A DNA stretch of 53,934 nucleotides, filler included, from a bacterium (GCA_040757115.1; 11 parts of 11 records of this genome joined end to end with filler, not necessarily neighbours in it); one strand, 5' to 3'. Positions 42,561 through 52,246 are shown, counted from the whole stretch's first letter. The notes: generated from the letters alone by a model not told the origin. Numbers and translations are program-made.

Positions 42561-42828
42561 AATACTCTCTCTCCCCACAATAACATATTGTCAAATTTAC
42601 TGATACTCGATGTTCAAGTTTTTTAATGAAGATAAAAGAGATGTAACGAAATTTAGCCTCGTAGAGGACTCTTAAACAGATTAAACGGATTTTTCTTTTT
42701 GTAAGCAAATTGAACGGATTAAACGGATTTTTTTTATTTTTTTTCCGCTAAATCCGCTTACTAACAATATTCCTCCTTCCGCTTACCATAGACGGAGTTA
42801 AAAAACATTTTTTGCAATTCAATTCTAC

Positions 42829-43003
42829 AACGGAACTTCCCTTCTATTTAAAGGCAAAAATTTAGCATAACCATTTGATTTTCAATAAGATATAGCGATA
42901 TCTCTTGTTTCTGATTCCTATCTACAATTGAAAGGGGGATTTAATTTCTCATCCCTTATGATTATATAATAGCATATTAATTAAATTTTATCAAGCATTT
43001 TTT
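42829..43003 (-). promoter_or_regulatory. Promoter plus conserved leader, copy 2
   Basis: TTGATA-17-TATTAT; highly similar to 37428-37602. Confidence 0.65.
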
Positions 43004-43098
43004 TACTAATACTCGTATGCATACTTTCAAAGTCTCTTTTTATAGACTCTTTTTGAGGGGAAGTTTCGTTTAAACCTATTTCACAGGTCGAAATTTTT

Positions 43099-43268
43099 CG
43101 ACCTGTGCGGTTAGATGTAAAATGGATAATGTAAAATGAAAATGTATAACTGAAAGGTAATGAGTCTTGCGAAGTACTAAAATTTCCCATTTTTCATTTC
43201 CTATTTTACATTTTACATTTATTTTTCCTTTGCGTCTCTGCGATGAATTAGTCTAATCGCACAGGTCG
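43099..43268. mobile_element. CGACCTGTGCGG MITE with 8-bp TSD AAATTTTT
   Basis: Direct repeats at 43091-43098 and 43269-43276; abuts another CACAGGTCG end. Confidence 0.9.
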
Positions 43269-43348
43269 AAATTTTTTGACCTATCTGTAACTATTGATAT
43301 TTATTGATGTTGTAGAACTTTCGATTTATCAGTTACTACAAATTACAC

Positions 43349-44839
43349 TTAACCTATTTTTTTAAGTTCATATCTCTTTATCTTCCCTGATTTTGTTTTT
43401 GGTAGGGAAGGGATAAACTCTATATAACTGGGAACTTTATAATATGGGAGATTTTCTTTGCAAAAGCGTAATATCTCCTTTTTCGTCGTCTGAGCATCAT
43501 CAGTCAAGACGATAAATGCTTTAATCACTTCACTTAAAATTGGGTCAGGCACACCTATGACGCCACATTCCATAACATCCTTATGTTTAACCAGAATATC
43601 CTCAATCTCCTGGGGGCTAACGCGAAAAGCCCCGGTCTTTATCATATCCGATTTTCGACCAACCATATAAATATAACCCTCTTCATCAACAGTGGCTAAA
43701 TCACCTGTATGTAACCCATCTTCCTTCAAAACCTTTTTAGTCTCTTGAGATTGTCTCCAGTATCCCTTCATTATATTTTTACCTCTGGCAATAATCTCAC
43801 CTACTTCTCCTAACTGGACTTCCTGACCCTGTTTATTTTTAACCTTTAACTCTACCCGAGGGATACCTTTCCCAAGAGAACCAAGTTTTGAAATTAATTT
43901 ATCTGGCTCAAGATAAGATAATCTTGCACAAGCCTCTGTTTGACCATACATAATATAAATTTCTACCTTAGGTAAAATCTCTTTTAATCGTAAGATATTC
44001 TCTTTTGGCAACGCACCTCCGGCACAGGTAATATATCTCAAGTCTGGAAACTGTAAGTTGCGGATATTCGACTTATGAAGAAGTAAGGCATAAGATGATG
44101 GGACGCCTGAAAATCCAGTTACTTTCTCTTTAATCATTAATTCCAGCACTTTGTTTAAAAAGACAAATTGTGTGGATATAACAAGTTTCCCCCCAACCTT
44201 TATATGGGTCAAAAGTAATGAATTCCCATAAGAGTAATAAAATGGTAAGATGACCATTAGACTGTCTTCTTTAGTCAATTTTAAATACTCAATAATGGAA
44301 TTGGTGTTATCAATCAAATTCAAATGAGTGAGTATGATACCTTTTGGCTTACCGGTAGTGCCAGAGGTATAGATTATTTGAGCGATGTCATTTTCATTTA
44401 TTATTACTTTTGAATCCCGAAAGATATATTCTTGCTCTAAAATCTCTTTTAATGCCTTTTCTTCTATGATTAAAAAATCTAAATTGTTAATTCTGGAGAG
44501 ATATTGAAGGCAGGTTTTATTTGTAATAACACATTTTGGTTCTACATCTTTTAATAACCCTTCTAACTCCAATGATGTCGTATCTGTATTTAATGCGACA
44601 ACAATAGCCCCAATCTTTAGAATAGCAAAATATGAGATGACATAATTAATAGAATTATTGAGTAAAATAACGACCCGTTCGCCTTTTTTTACCCCTTGTT
44701 TTTCTAAAATAAAGGCTAACTTTAAAACCAAATTATAAAGTTGATTATAGGTAATTCTATTATTCTCATAGACTATTGCTATATTTTCTGGATATTTAGT
44801 TGCACTATCTTCAAGAAAAAAATATGCATTTATGATCAA
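43349..44839 (-). CDS. Class I adenylate-forming enzyme (acyl-CoA ligase-like)
   Basis: YTSGTTGKPKG, YGQTEA, TGD and PKTKSGKI motifs. Confidence 0.9.
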   Translation of the reverse strand: MIINAYFFLEDSATKYPENIAIVYENNRITYNQLYNLVLKLAFILEKQGVKKGERVVILLNNSINYVISYFAILKIGAIVVALNTDTTSLELEGLLKDVEPKCVITNKTCLQYLSRINNLDFLIIEEKALKEILEQEYIFRDSKVIINENDIAQIIYTSGTTGKPKGIILTHLNLIDNTNSIIEYLKLTKEDSLMVILPFYYSYGNSLLLTHIKVGGKLVISTQFVFLNKVLELMIKEKVTGFSGVPSSYALLLHKSNIRNLQFPDLRYITCAGGALPKENILRLKEILPKVEIYIMYGQTEACARLSYLEPDKLISKLGSLGKGIPRVELKVKNKQGQEVQLGEVGEIIARGKNIMKGYWRQSQETKKVLKEDGLHTGDLATVDEEGYIYMVGRKSDMIKTGAFRVSPQEIEDILVKHKDVMECGVIGVPDPILSEVIKAFIVLTDDAQTTKKEILRFCKENLPYYKVPSYIEFIPSLPKTKSGKIKRYELKKIG

Positions 44840-45846
44840 GGTCTGCCCTCAATTCCCAATTTGAAATACCCGGGATTTACCTTTTTTAACTCTCTTTTTG
44901 TATATAATTTTTTATAGGTAATGATGTTTGTCTTTTGTAAAATTGAAGAGATTATTTCTTCACATTCCTGTTTTGTCCTGGCGTGAATCATTGCAAAGAG
45001 ATTATATTCCCACTCAGGAGAGGTTGTTCGCTCATAGCAATGCGTTACTTGAGGATATTGACTTAGAATTGTCGCCACTTTTAAGATATTTTCAGGCTCT
45101 ACTTTTAAAACAACCATAACATTTTCTTTAATTCCTATTTTATAATGGTCAAGCACCGCCCGAACTCTTTTTATAATCCCTGATTTTCTATACGATTCTA
45201 TCTTCTCCAATAGTTTTTTTTCGCTAATTCCTATCTTCCTGGCAATAGATTGATAAGGTTTATTGACCAGTGGAAGACTAACTTGTAATTCTTTAAGTAT
45301 TAGCCAATCAATTTCATTAAGGGAAACAGGTTTTTTCTTTTTTGGTGGTTGAAATTCATCTTCTTCAAATTGTAGCGGGGTCGCTGTATCTATTTGGAAA
45401 ATAGCCCTTATTTTAAATTTATTTATCCGCTCAAGGTTCAAGAGCTGGTTAATTTTTGTTTCTGATTTTATGCGGGTGATAATTTTTTCAATCTCTTTAT
45501 TTGAGCGTGCAATTAAAGTGAACCAGAGATTGTATTCATCATCTCGTTCGTAATTATGGGTAATTTCTGGGTATTTGTCGATTATTTTAGCCACTTTCTC
45601 TATTTTTTCTTCTGGAACTTTCATTGCCACCAGTGTTCCCACATAACCTAATTTACCTGTATCAAATAATGGGCTAATTCTACGGATAACACCCTGTTTT
45701 TTTAATGCCTTAATTCGATTTAATATTTCATCTCTGGGAATGTGTAGATTAAAAGATAAGGTTTTAAATGGCTCCGGGCAGATAGGGAAATTATGTTGGA
45801 TAGAGTTTAATATCTTTATCTCTAACGAGGTTAAAGAATTGGTCAT
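44836..45846 (-). CDS. Fused siroheme decarboxylase AhbA-AhbB (NirDL-like, double Lrp/AsnC fold)
   Basis: Two modules with THNYER..YNLWFT and THCYER..WEYNLFAMIH. Confidence 0.8.
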   Translation of the reverse strand: MTNSLTSLEIKILNSIQHNFPICPEPFKTLSFNLHIPRDEILNRIKALKKQGVIRRISPLFDTGKLGYVGTLVAMKVPEEKIEKVAKIIDKYPEITHNYERDDEYNLWFTLIARSNKEIEKIITRIKSETKINQLLNLERINKFKIRAIFQIDTATPLQFEEDEFQPPKKKKPVSLNEIDWLILKELQVSLPLVNKPYQSIARKIGISEKKLLEKIESYRKSGIIKRVRAVLDHYKIGIKENVMVVLKVEPENILKVATILSQYPQVTHCYERTTSPEWEYNLFAMIHARTKQECEEIISSILQKTNIITYKKLYTKRELKKVNPGYFKLGIEGRP

Positions 45847-45850
45847 TTTA

Positions 45851-46306
45851 TCATTCCTTTTTCTCTACCGCAGGTGTTTTCCAACTAACAATATCTTCTC
45901 CTTCTTTTTCGCCGCCCTCTTTTCCATCAGCACCATAAGATATAAGGTCATAGCCATCAGGATTTTGTTCACCTGGGGATATGTAGACATACGGATTTCC
46001 CCAGGGGTCTAATGGAATCTCCTTTTTAAGATAAGGTCCATCCCAATTTTTAGGTAAAGGCGAGATAATTGGTTCTTCTCGCAATGCTTTTAATCCTTGT
46101 TCTGTGGTTGGATACTGGCCATTATCCAGACGGTAGCTATCTAATCCAACACCAAATATCTCTATCTGAGCTTGTGCCCCAATGCGTTTTGCTTTAGCTA
46201 CCTTCTTGAATACCGTTGGAAATACAAAAGCGGCAATGATAGAAATTATCAAAATAACGACCATTAATTCCATTAAGGTAAATCCTTTTTCTTGCTTCAT
46301 TCTCAA
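45851..46306 (-). CDS. gspG: Type II secretion major pseudopilin
   Basis: GFTLMELMVV, YPTTEQGL, DPWGNPYVY and SYGADGKEGG motifs. Confidence 0.92.
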   Translation of the reverse strand: MRMKQEKGFTLMELMVVILIISIIAAFVFPTVFKKVAKAKRIGAQAQIEIFGVGLDSYRLDNGQYPTTEQGLKALREEPIISPLPKNWDGPYLKKEIPLDPWGNPYVYISPGEQNPDGYDLISYGADGKEGGEKEGEDIVSWKTPAVEKKE

Positions 46307-46376
46307 TCGCTCCTTTTGTTGGTAACTGGTAATTGGCGATTGGTTACCAATTACTTGCTTTTAATTTCGTGAAATT

Positions 46377-46868
46377 CTATAATAAGTTTAAAGACCTTAA
46401 CACGGTGGCCATTTTGGGTTCTTTAAGGGCATACTTCCTTAATGCCTCTAAAATAATATTCTCCCTCTCTTCTAATCTTTCCTCTAATTGTTTTGTTTTT
46501 GATATTACCGGGGCGATAGCTGTTCTTCTGTCCCATAAAATAAAGCCCGTTAAGGCTATCATCCCGCAGAGTAATGTGAGAATTCCCCCTAACAAGGTAT
46601 GGGTCAATCCCAATAAATCATCTATGCGTTTATTTAGGTTTGAGTCTAAATCATCTATGCGTTTATTTAGACTTGACTCTAAATCATCTACACGAGTATT
46701 TAATGCTTTTTGCCCTTCTTCAAGCTTCACTACCCTTATGGTTAACTCATCTATTTTCCCCTCAATTTTATTTAGTTTTTCTATAATTTTATCTTCGGCA
46801 AAGGTATATGTAGTATTAAAGGCGATAAAGAAAAGAATAAAAAACCATATTTTAGTTTTTGTAATCAT
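46377..46868 (-). CDS. Coiled-coil membrane protein of unknown function with 11-aa repeats
   Basis: Signal peptide; DDLESSLNKRI-DDLDSNLNKRI; TM segment followed by WDRRTA. Confidence 0.7.
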   Translation of the reverse strand: MITKTKIWFFILFFIAFNTTYTFAEDKIIEKLNKIEGKIDELTIRVVKLEEGQKALNTRVDDLESSLNKRIDDLDSNLNKRIDDLLGLTHTLLGGILTLLCGMIALTGFILWDRRTAIAPVISKTKQLEERLEERENIILEALRKYALKEPKMATVLRSLNLL

Positions 46869-47012
46869 ATTTTTTTACCCCCCATAATCAATATAACATA
46901 TTAACCTTTCTCTGTCAACTATTTTCTTTGGTAATCCAGTCAGTAATTCTCATTTTGAAAAGGTGTAAGAAGGTTTTTGAATAAAAAGCTGTTTCACTTC
47001 ATCTGGGGTAAA

Positions 47013-47234
47013 TATAGCACTTATTAATCGAAATTTGACATAGATAGGGTTCTGAAATTCCAAATCACAAATTCCAAATTCCAAATAAATTCAAATAACC
47101 AAAATTCAAAACATTACCCCCATAGTTTGTATTTAGGATTTGAAATTTGGTGCTTATTTGAGATTTGGTGCTTGGGATTTGGGATTTTTTTACTTATCCA
47201 CTCTGAGTAAAGTTTTTGACTAATAACTGCTATA
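47013..47234. mobile_element. Inverted copy of the 8277-8506 MITE
   Basis: Same ends, different (AAATYCC)n core. Confidence 0.82.
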
Positions 47235-47246
47235 GTTATCAGCACT

Positions 47247-48800
47247 CTAATACGGTACCAGATGAACCTCTTTTGAACCGACAGGCAGACATAGGTTTAT
47301 CAACCAGTTTGGGTTTTTTCGGTATCGGCTGTGAATTCGTTCATCATAATTAAGGGTAATGGTATTGCGATAGATTAATGCCTCGTCTTTAGAGACTATA
47401 GCACCGTTAAAATGCACCCCATTTCCTAATCTACCCGCACAGGCATGATTGGTATAAATGATAGATTCAATCTTATTGATGTGATTTGTGGCAATATCAC
47501 CAAATTCATCCGTATTAGGAGGTAATCTATCAAAATCAGTAATTGGCACTTGCGTTTGAACATCCGACCAGTTATACATATCGTCAAATATTCCATCTCC
47601 ATCAAGGTCTTCGGTTTTTGATTGAAAGATACCATCATTTTCGGTTGGGTCTGTCCAATAGCCTCCATCTGGGTGTTCCGGGTCATTTATCCAGACATTA
47701 GTATCTGGTATGCCATCTGCTCCTACATCCTCACAACCCATATCAAATAGCCAGTAATTAGAATACCATTTATCATTTCCATAATATCCAAAATAAGGGT
47801 CTTTGGTATAATCACCAATAATCACATTTTCGCGTGCGGCTAAACCGAGAATATCTTTATCTTTATTTGCCTCAACCCACTGGTCAACGACCGCTGCGTC
47901 ATCCGAGGCTGGTCGAGGAGAGGAAGGGGTATTTTTATAATCTATGTCTGCGGCAATGTAAATATTTCTACCCGCATAAATAGTTCCCGTCCCTTGAACC
48001 GTGCCTTTGACGATAACATCACCCCGAATAACAACAGGTCCTTTTATCTCAATGGGATTAGAAGGAGTGCCTTCAAGAATAATATTTCCTGATTCACCTG
48101 CTTCATCCCCAAAAACCTTATCAATCACTATTTCATCCCCTATTTTAATAGAACTATTTTTTTCAAAGGCTAAATTTTCATAGAAGTCAATTGCTTGTAA
48201 ATTAGGCATTTCTAATTTCTCTACCCCTTCATACACATTGTAATCCTGTCCGCCAGGTGTTTTCCATGTGCCTCGAATCTCACCAGAGGCATAGACATCA
48301 CCAACTACTGTTGGGTCATATTTAAAATCAAAATCACCATTTGAGCGAATATCACCATTAGCCGTGATGCCACTTCCATAAAACCAGCCCCAATTGTTGA
48401 GAAAATAAACATAGTCAAAAACATAGGAAGGTGGGTAAAGGACAACAACAGCGGCAGAACAAACTGTAACAGACGCCTTTTCTATCCCTAACACTCTGGC
48501 AAATACCGTAGTTATTTCCTTTGACACCTTTATTGTAATCGTTCCATTATCAATTATTTGAATATCCTCACTGGTAATCTGGAAGCCATTAGCCTCGACC
48601 AATCTAATTGCCTCTGTTGTTGCTGAACCAGGGGCATCAGGGAGTTGCCAGGCACCAGCTAAAGCGCCGGCATCTAAGGCATTTTGCAATTGTGTCTGGA
48701 AAAGATAAACTCGCCCAACATCAACCGCTAATGCCGCTACTCCTAAAAAAACCATCATAAATAAAGAGACAAATATGACAACCTGTCCTCGTTCTCTCAT
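47247..48800 (-). CDS. Tad/TadG-like pilus-associated protein with a large C-terminal domain
   Basis: ERGQVVIF, ALAVDVG and LQNALDAGALAGA motifs; Asp-rich DLDGDG motif; start MRERG at 48800. Confidence 0.78.
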   Translation of the reverse strand: MRERGQVVIFVSLFMMVFLGVAALAVDVGRVYLFQTQLQNALDAGALAGAWQLPDAPGSATTEAIRLVEANGFQITSEDIQIIDNGTITIKVSKEITTVFARVLGIEKASVTVCSAAVVVLYPPSYVFDYVYFLNNWGWFYGSGITANGDIRSNGDFDFKYDPTVVGDVYASGEIRGTWKTPGGQDYNVYEGVEKLEMPNLQAIDFYENLAFEKNSSIKIGDEIVIDKVFGDEAGESGNIILEGTPSNPIEIKGPVVIRGDVIVKGTVQGTGTIYAGRNIYIAADIDYKNTPSSPRPASDDAAVVDQWVEANKDKDILGLAARENVIIGDYTKDPYFGYYGNDKWYSNYWLFDMGCEDVGADGIPDTNVWINDPEHPDGGYWTDPTENDGIFQSKTEDLDGDGIFDDMYNWSDVQTQVPITDFDRLPPNTDEFGDIATNHINKIESIIYTNHACAGRLGNGVHFNGAIVSKDEALIYRNTITLNYDERIHSRYRKNPNWLINLCLPVGSKEVHLVPY

Positions 48801-48867
48801 TTTTCCACCCTCCTGATAAGTGTTCTTAATTATTTCCCGCAAGATTTTACCACAAATTATCGCTGAT

Positions 48868-49523
48868 GTTCTCCTGAAAATAGAGAGTAGAGAGTAGAGA
48901 GTAGAAAGTAGAAAGTAAAGAAAACATCACTTCTCACGCTTATCTCCCTATCTCCCACCTTCTATCTCCTATCTACTATTTTCATCTTCATTTGTGAACT
49001 AACGATTCATGACCGTTTCTCCTGAAAATAGGAAGTAGAAAGTAGAGAGTAGAAAGTAAAGAAAGATAAGCCTCTTCTTTCTCTCTCTACCCTCTACTAT
49101 TTTCATCCTCCTTTGTGTCCACCCTGTGGACATGAGCGTTTCCCCTGAAAATAGACTACAGACCATAGACTATAGACCACGGAACCGATGAAAAGCAAGT
49201 TTATTCCCCCTTAACAAAGGGGGTTAGGGGGTTATTATTCCCCCTTAACAAAGGGGGTTAGGGGGTTGTTGTATTCCTCTCTTGAGAGAGGAAAATCTAC
49301 TTACGATATGCAACAATTCCCTCTCTGATTTTCATCAGGGCAAGTTTTTGACTACAGCAACATTAAAATTGATTAACAAATCTGATTTGCCTGCTGAACA
49401 TTCGGCAAGCAGGTTCTATGTATTTCAATGGCTGCACCAATAATCTTTTCTGTTATCTAATTTATTTCTATGTCTTCTCTGTTCCTCTGCGTCTCTGCGG
49501 TGAATTATTATCTGAACGGTTAC
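48868..49523. mobile_element. Stacked repeats and a GTAACCGTTCAG element (end at 49523) carrying a deleted GxxExxY remnant
   Basis: Modules shared with 16492-16860, 35710-36050 and 53565-53803. Confidence 0.8.
49343..49471 (-). pseudogene. Internally deleted GxxExxY-family gene remnant
   Basis: Reads IEIN*ITEKIIGAAIEIHRT, then LLINFNVAVVKN in another frame. Confidence 0.7.
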
Positions 49524-49948
49524 GGCAATTTTTCTATCCGCATCGTCGAAGTAGCAGTCATCTTTAATCCCATCATCTTAATCTTTTTACTAAAAACTGG
49601 GATGTAGATAGAAACCTTATAAGGGATAGCAACGGATATGTCTCCTCCTACCTCGCGTTCTGCGTCAGTTGGGGGAGAAATATTAATTTCCTCATCTAAA
49701 ATTTCGCCAGTTAAAAAGTAGGTTTTAACTAACTGAGAGTCGGCACTGGTAGTAATTTCATCTCGTATCTCTTGAGTTTCTTTACCAAGTGCGCCTGCTC
49801 TTGCGTATTCACGAGTAATCTGGGTAACAATTAAATAATTATGAAATACAAGACTAATTTCTATAATGAAGATAGTAATTATTAATAAAAGTGGCAGAAG
49901 TAGAGCAAATTCAACCGTTGATTGCCCTTTTTGGCTTTCTTTATTCAT
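49520..49948 (-). CDS. tadE: TadE-family pilin-like protein
   Basis: KGQSTVEFALLLP and TREYARAG motifs. Confidence 0.85.
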   Translation of the reverse strand: MNKESQKGQSTVEFALLLPLLLIITIFIIEISLVFHNYLIVTQITREYARAGALGKETQEIRDEITTSADSQLVKTYFLTGEILDEEINISPPTDAEREVGGDISVAIPYKVSIYIPVFSKKIKMMGLKMTATSTMRIEKLP

Positions 49949-49949
49949 T

Positions 49950-51953
49950 TTATCTGATGACCTCCAACACCTTTAAGAAAGCGGCTACTATCTCCGGGTC
50001 AAATTGGCTACCCGCATTTTTCTTTAATTCTTTAATTGCCTCATCTTTAGACTTTGCCTTTCTATATGGTCTATCCGAAGTCATGGCATCATAAGCATCT
50101 GCGACGGCAATTATTCGTGCTCCTAATGGAATCTTATCCATTAATAGTCCTGACGGATAACCACTTCCATCATATCGTTCGTGGTGATGTTTGATAATTG
50201 GGATTCCTCTTTTTAAAAATCCTAATGGCTTAATGATATTTACCGATGTCGTTGGATGCAATTTTATTTCATCCCATTCTTCTTGAGTTAATGCCTCTGA
50301 TTTAGATAGGATATAATCGCGAATGCCAATTTTACCAATATCGTGCAATTGGCAGGCATAGCGTATCAGTTCCTGCTCATCTTGTGGTAAGTTTAATTTC
50401 TTCGCTATCAGCATTGCATACTGAGCCACTCTCTCGGAATGACCTTTAGTATAATAATCTTTTGCCTCAATCGTCCCAACCAGAGCCCCCATCGCTCCGA
50501 TGTAGAGTGCCTGTAGATTTTTATTTAACTTAATGATTTCGTCTAATTTTTGATTCAACTCAACATTCTTTTTAGTCAGGGTATTAAGCAAATGTTTGTT
50601 CTTAAGTTCCAATCGTTGTTTTTCCAGACCTCTTTTAATTATCACACTTACTTTTTCCATCTCAAGTGGTTTTTCTAAATAGTCATAAGCATCATACCGC
50701 AATGACTCAATTGCCGCTTCCATAGAGGAGTAACCCGTAATTATAATTACGACCGTATCTGCATATTTCGCTTTAATTTCCTTTAACACCTCTAATCCAC
50801 TCATATCCGGCAATTTTATATCTAAAAGCACTAAATTAAATGATTTTTTCTTCATTTGTGCCAGAGCAGAATCTCCTGAATGGGCAATTGTTACCAGGTA
50901 ACCCCATCTTTCTAAAAAATTGGAGAAGATGGAGCATATTCCCTGGTCATCATCAACTAATAAAATATTTTCTTTTTCTAACAACAAAGACTCTGCTTTA
51001 GAATTATCCTTTTCTTCTCCCATTCTTTTATCCACGATATAATTTGAGCCAATGAAGGTTTTAGCATATTCTTTTAATTCTGCCCCTATAGTTGATACCT
51101 GGGCTAAATGTGTCAAATTCCGTTGTTTATTCGTGACTACGCCGATGGAAATACTCATAATAGGAAATTCTTCTTTTTCCCCTTTGCGATTAAAGCCTAA
51201 AATGTAACCTCTTTCTTTATCTTCTGCTGAATATAAATCAGGGATTGCGGCATCAAATTCTTTAATAATTTCCTGGCAGATAATCTCAATTCTGTCTGGA
51301 TGACTAATAACGATAAAATCGTCTCCACCGATATGTCCGATAAAATCTTTTTCAGTTCCGACCTTCTGAACTGCATTTATAATTACCTTTGCGGTCAGTT
51401 TTATTGCCTCATCTCCTTTAGCAAAACCATAATGGTCATTAAACGCCTTAAAATTATCCACATCTAAAAAGCCAATAGCAAAAAGGTTCTTGCTCTTAAT
51501 ACAATTATTTATTTCCTCTCGAATACTATTATTTCCAGGGAGTTTACTAAGTGGATTGGAATCAATTCCTAAATAGGTGCGGTAGATAATACTTTCAAGG
51601 ATAGCGATAAGTTCTTCTAAATCAAATGGTTTGACGATATATTCATCAATCCCCATCCTCCAGCCGGCAATTTCATCTTCTATGGTAGATTTGGAACTCA
51701 AGATAATTATTGGTAAGTGTTTATGAACAGGGCTTTTTCTTATTTTCTTACAAACCTCATAACCACTCATCTCTGGCATTAAAATATCAAGGATAATCAG
51801 ATGCGGAAGTCTCTCTTCTAATCTCTCTAATGCTTCCTTCCCGCTTTGAGCCGTAGTAACTTCATAACCTTTTACTTCTAACAGATTTCTAATCACTTCT
51901 AATATTTCCCATTCATCATCTACAACCAGGATATGTGTTTTTTCTTCCATCAT
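49950..51953 (-). CDS. REC-GGDEF-REC-HD-GYP c-di-GMP signalling protein
   Basis: Two receiver domains; GGDDF; HDIGK and HHERYDGSGYP. Confidence 0.9.
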   Translation of the reverse strand: MMEEKTHILVVDDEWEILEVIRNLLEVKGYEVTTAQSGKEALERLEERLPHLIILDILMPEMSGYEVCKKIRKSPVHKHLPIIILSSKSTIEDEIAGWRMGIDEYIVKPFDLEELIAILESIIYRTYLGIDSNPLSKLPGNNSIREEINNCIKSKNLFAIGFLDVDNFKAFNDHYGFAKGDEAIKLTAKVIINAVQKVGTEKDFIGHIGGDDFIVISHPDRIEIICQEIIKEFDAAIPDLYSAEDKERGYILGFNRKGEKEEFPIMSISIGVVTNKQRNLTHLAQVSTIGAELKEYAKTFIGSNYIVDKRMGEEKDNSKAESLLLEKENILLVDDDQGICSIFSNFLERWGYLVTIAHSGDSALAQMKKKSFNLVLLDIKLPDMSGLEVLKEIKAKYADTVVIIITGYSSMEAAIESLRYDAYDYLEKPLEMEKVSVIIKRGLEKQRLELKNKHLLNTLTKKNVELNQKLDEIIKLNKNLQALYIGAMGALVGTIEAKDYYTKGHSERVAQYAMLIAKKLNLPQDEQELIRYACQLHDIGKIGIRDYILSKSEALTQEEWDEIKLHPTTSVNIIKPLGFLKRGIPIIKHHHERYDGSGYPSGLLMDKIPLGARIIAVADAYDAMTSDRPYRKAKSKDEAIKELKKNAGSQFDPEIVAAFLKVLEVIR

Positions 51954-51960
51954 ATCTTTA

Positions 51961-52026
51961 ATTATACTCTAATATTTTATATTTGTCAAATAAATTCTTG
52001 ACTAATGGGTTTATTTTGAGTATACT
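51961..52026. promoter_or_regulatory. Back-to-back sigma70 promoters
   Basis: Minus strand TTGACA(51989)-17-TATAAT(51966); plus strand TTGACT(51998)-17-TATACT(52021). Confidence 0.75.
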
Positions 52027-52045
52027 TTATAGGTAACTGGTAATT

Positions 52046-52246
52046 TATAGTAAGTATTAACCAAAAGTTCACATTAGTATTGTTGATGGTTGATAGTTGA
52101 TGGTTGATGGTTGATAGTCTATGAAACTATAAACTATCAACTATAAACTATAAACTATCAACTATCAACTATAAACTATAAACTATCAACTATCAACCCT
52201 GTTGCTATATCTGTTCTATGAGAAAATTTCGTTAATAACTACTATA
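52046..52246. mobile_element. TATAGTAAGTATTAACC MITE copy with expanded heptamer arms, in the hisD 5' region
   Basis: 201 bp versus 145 bp for the other copies, a difference of 8 heptamers. Confidence 0.88.
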
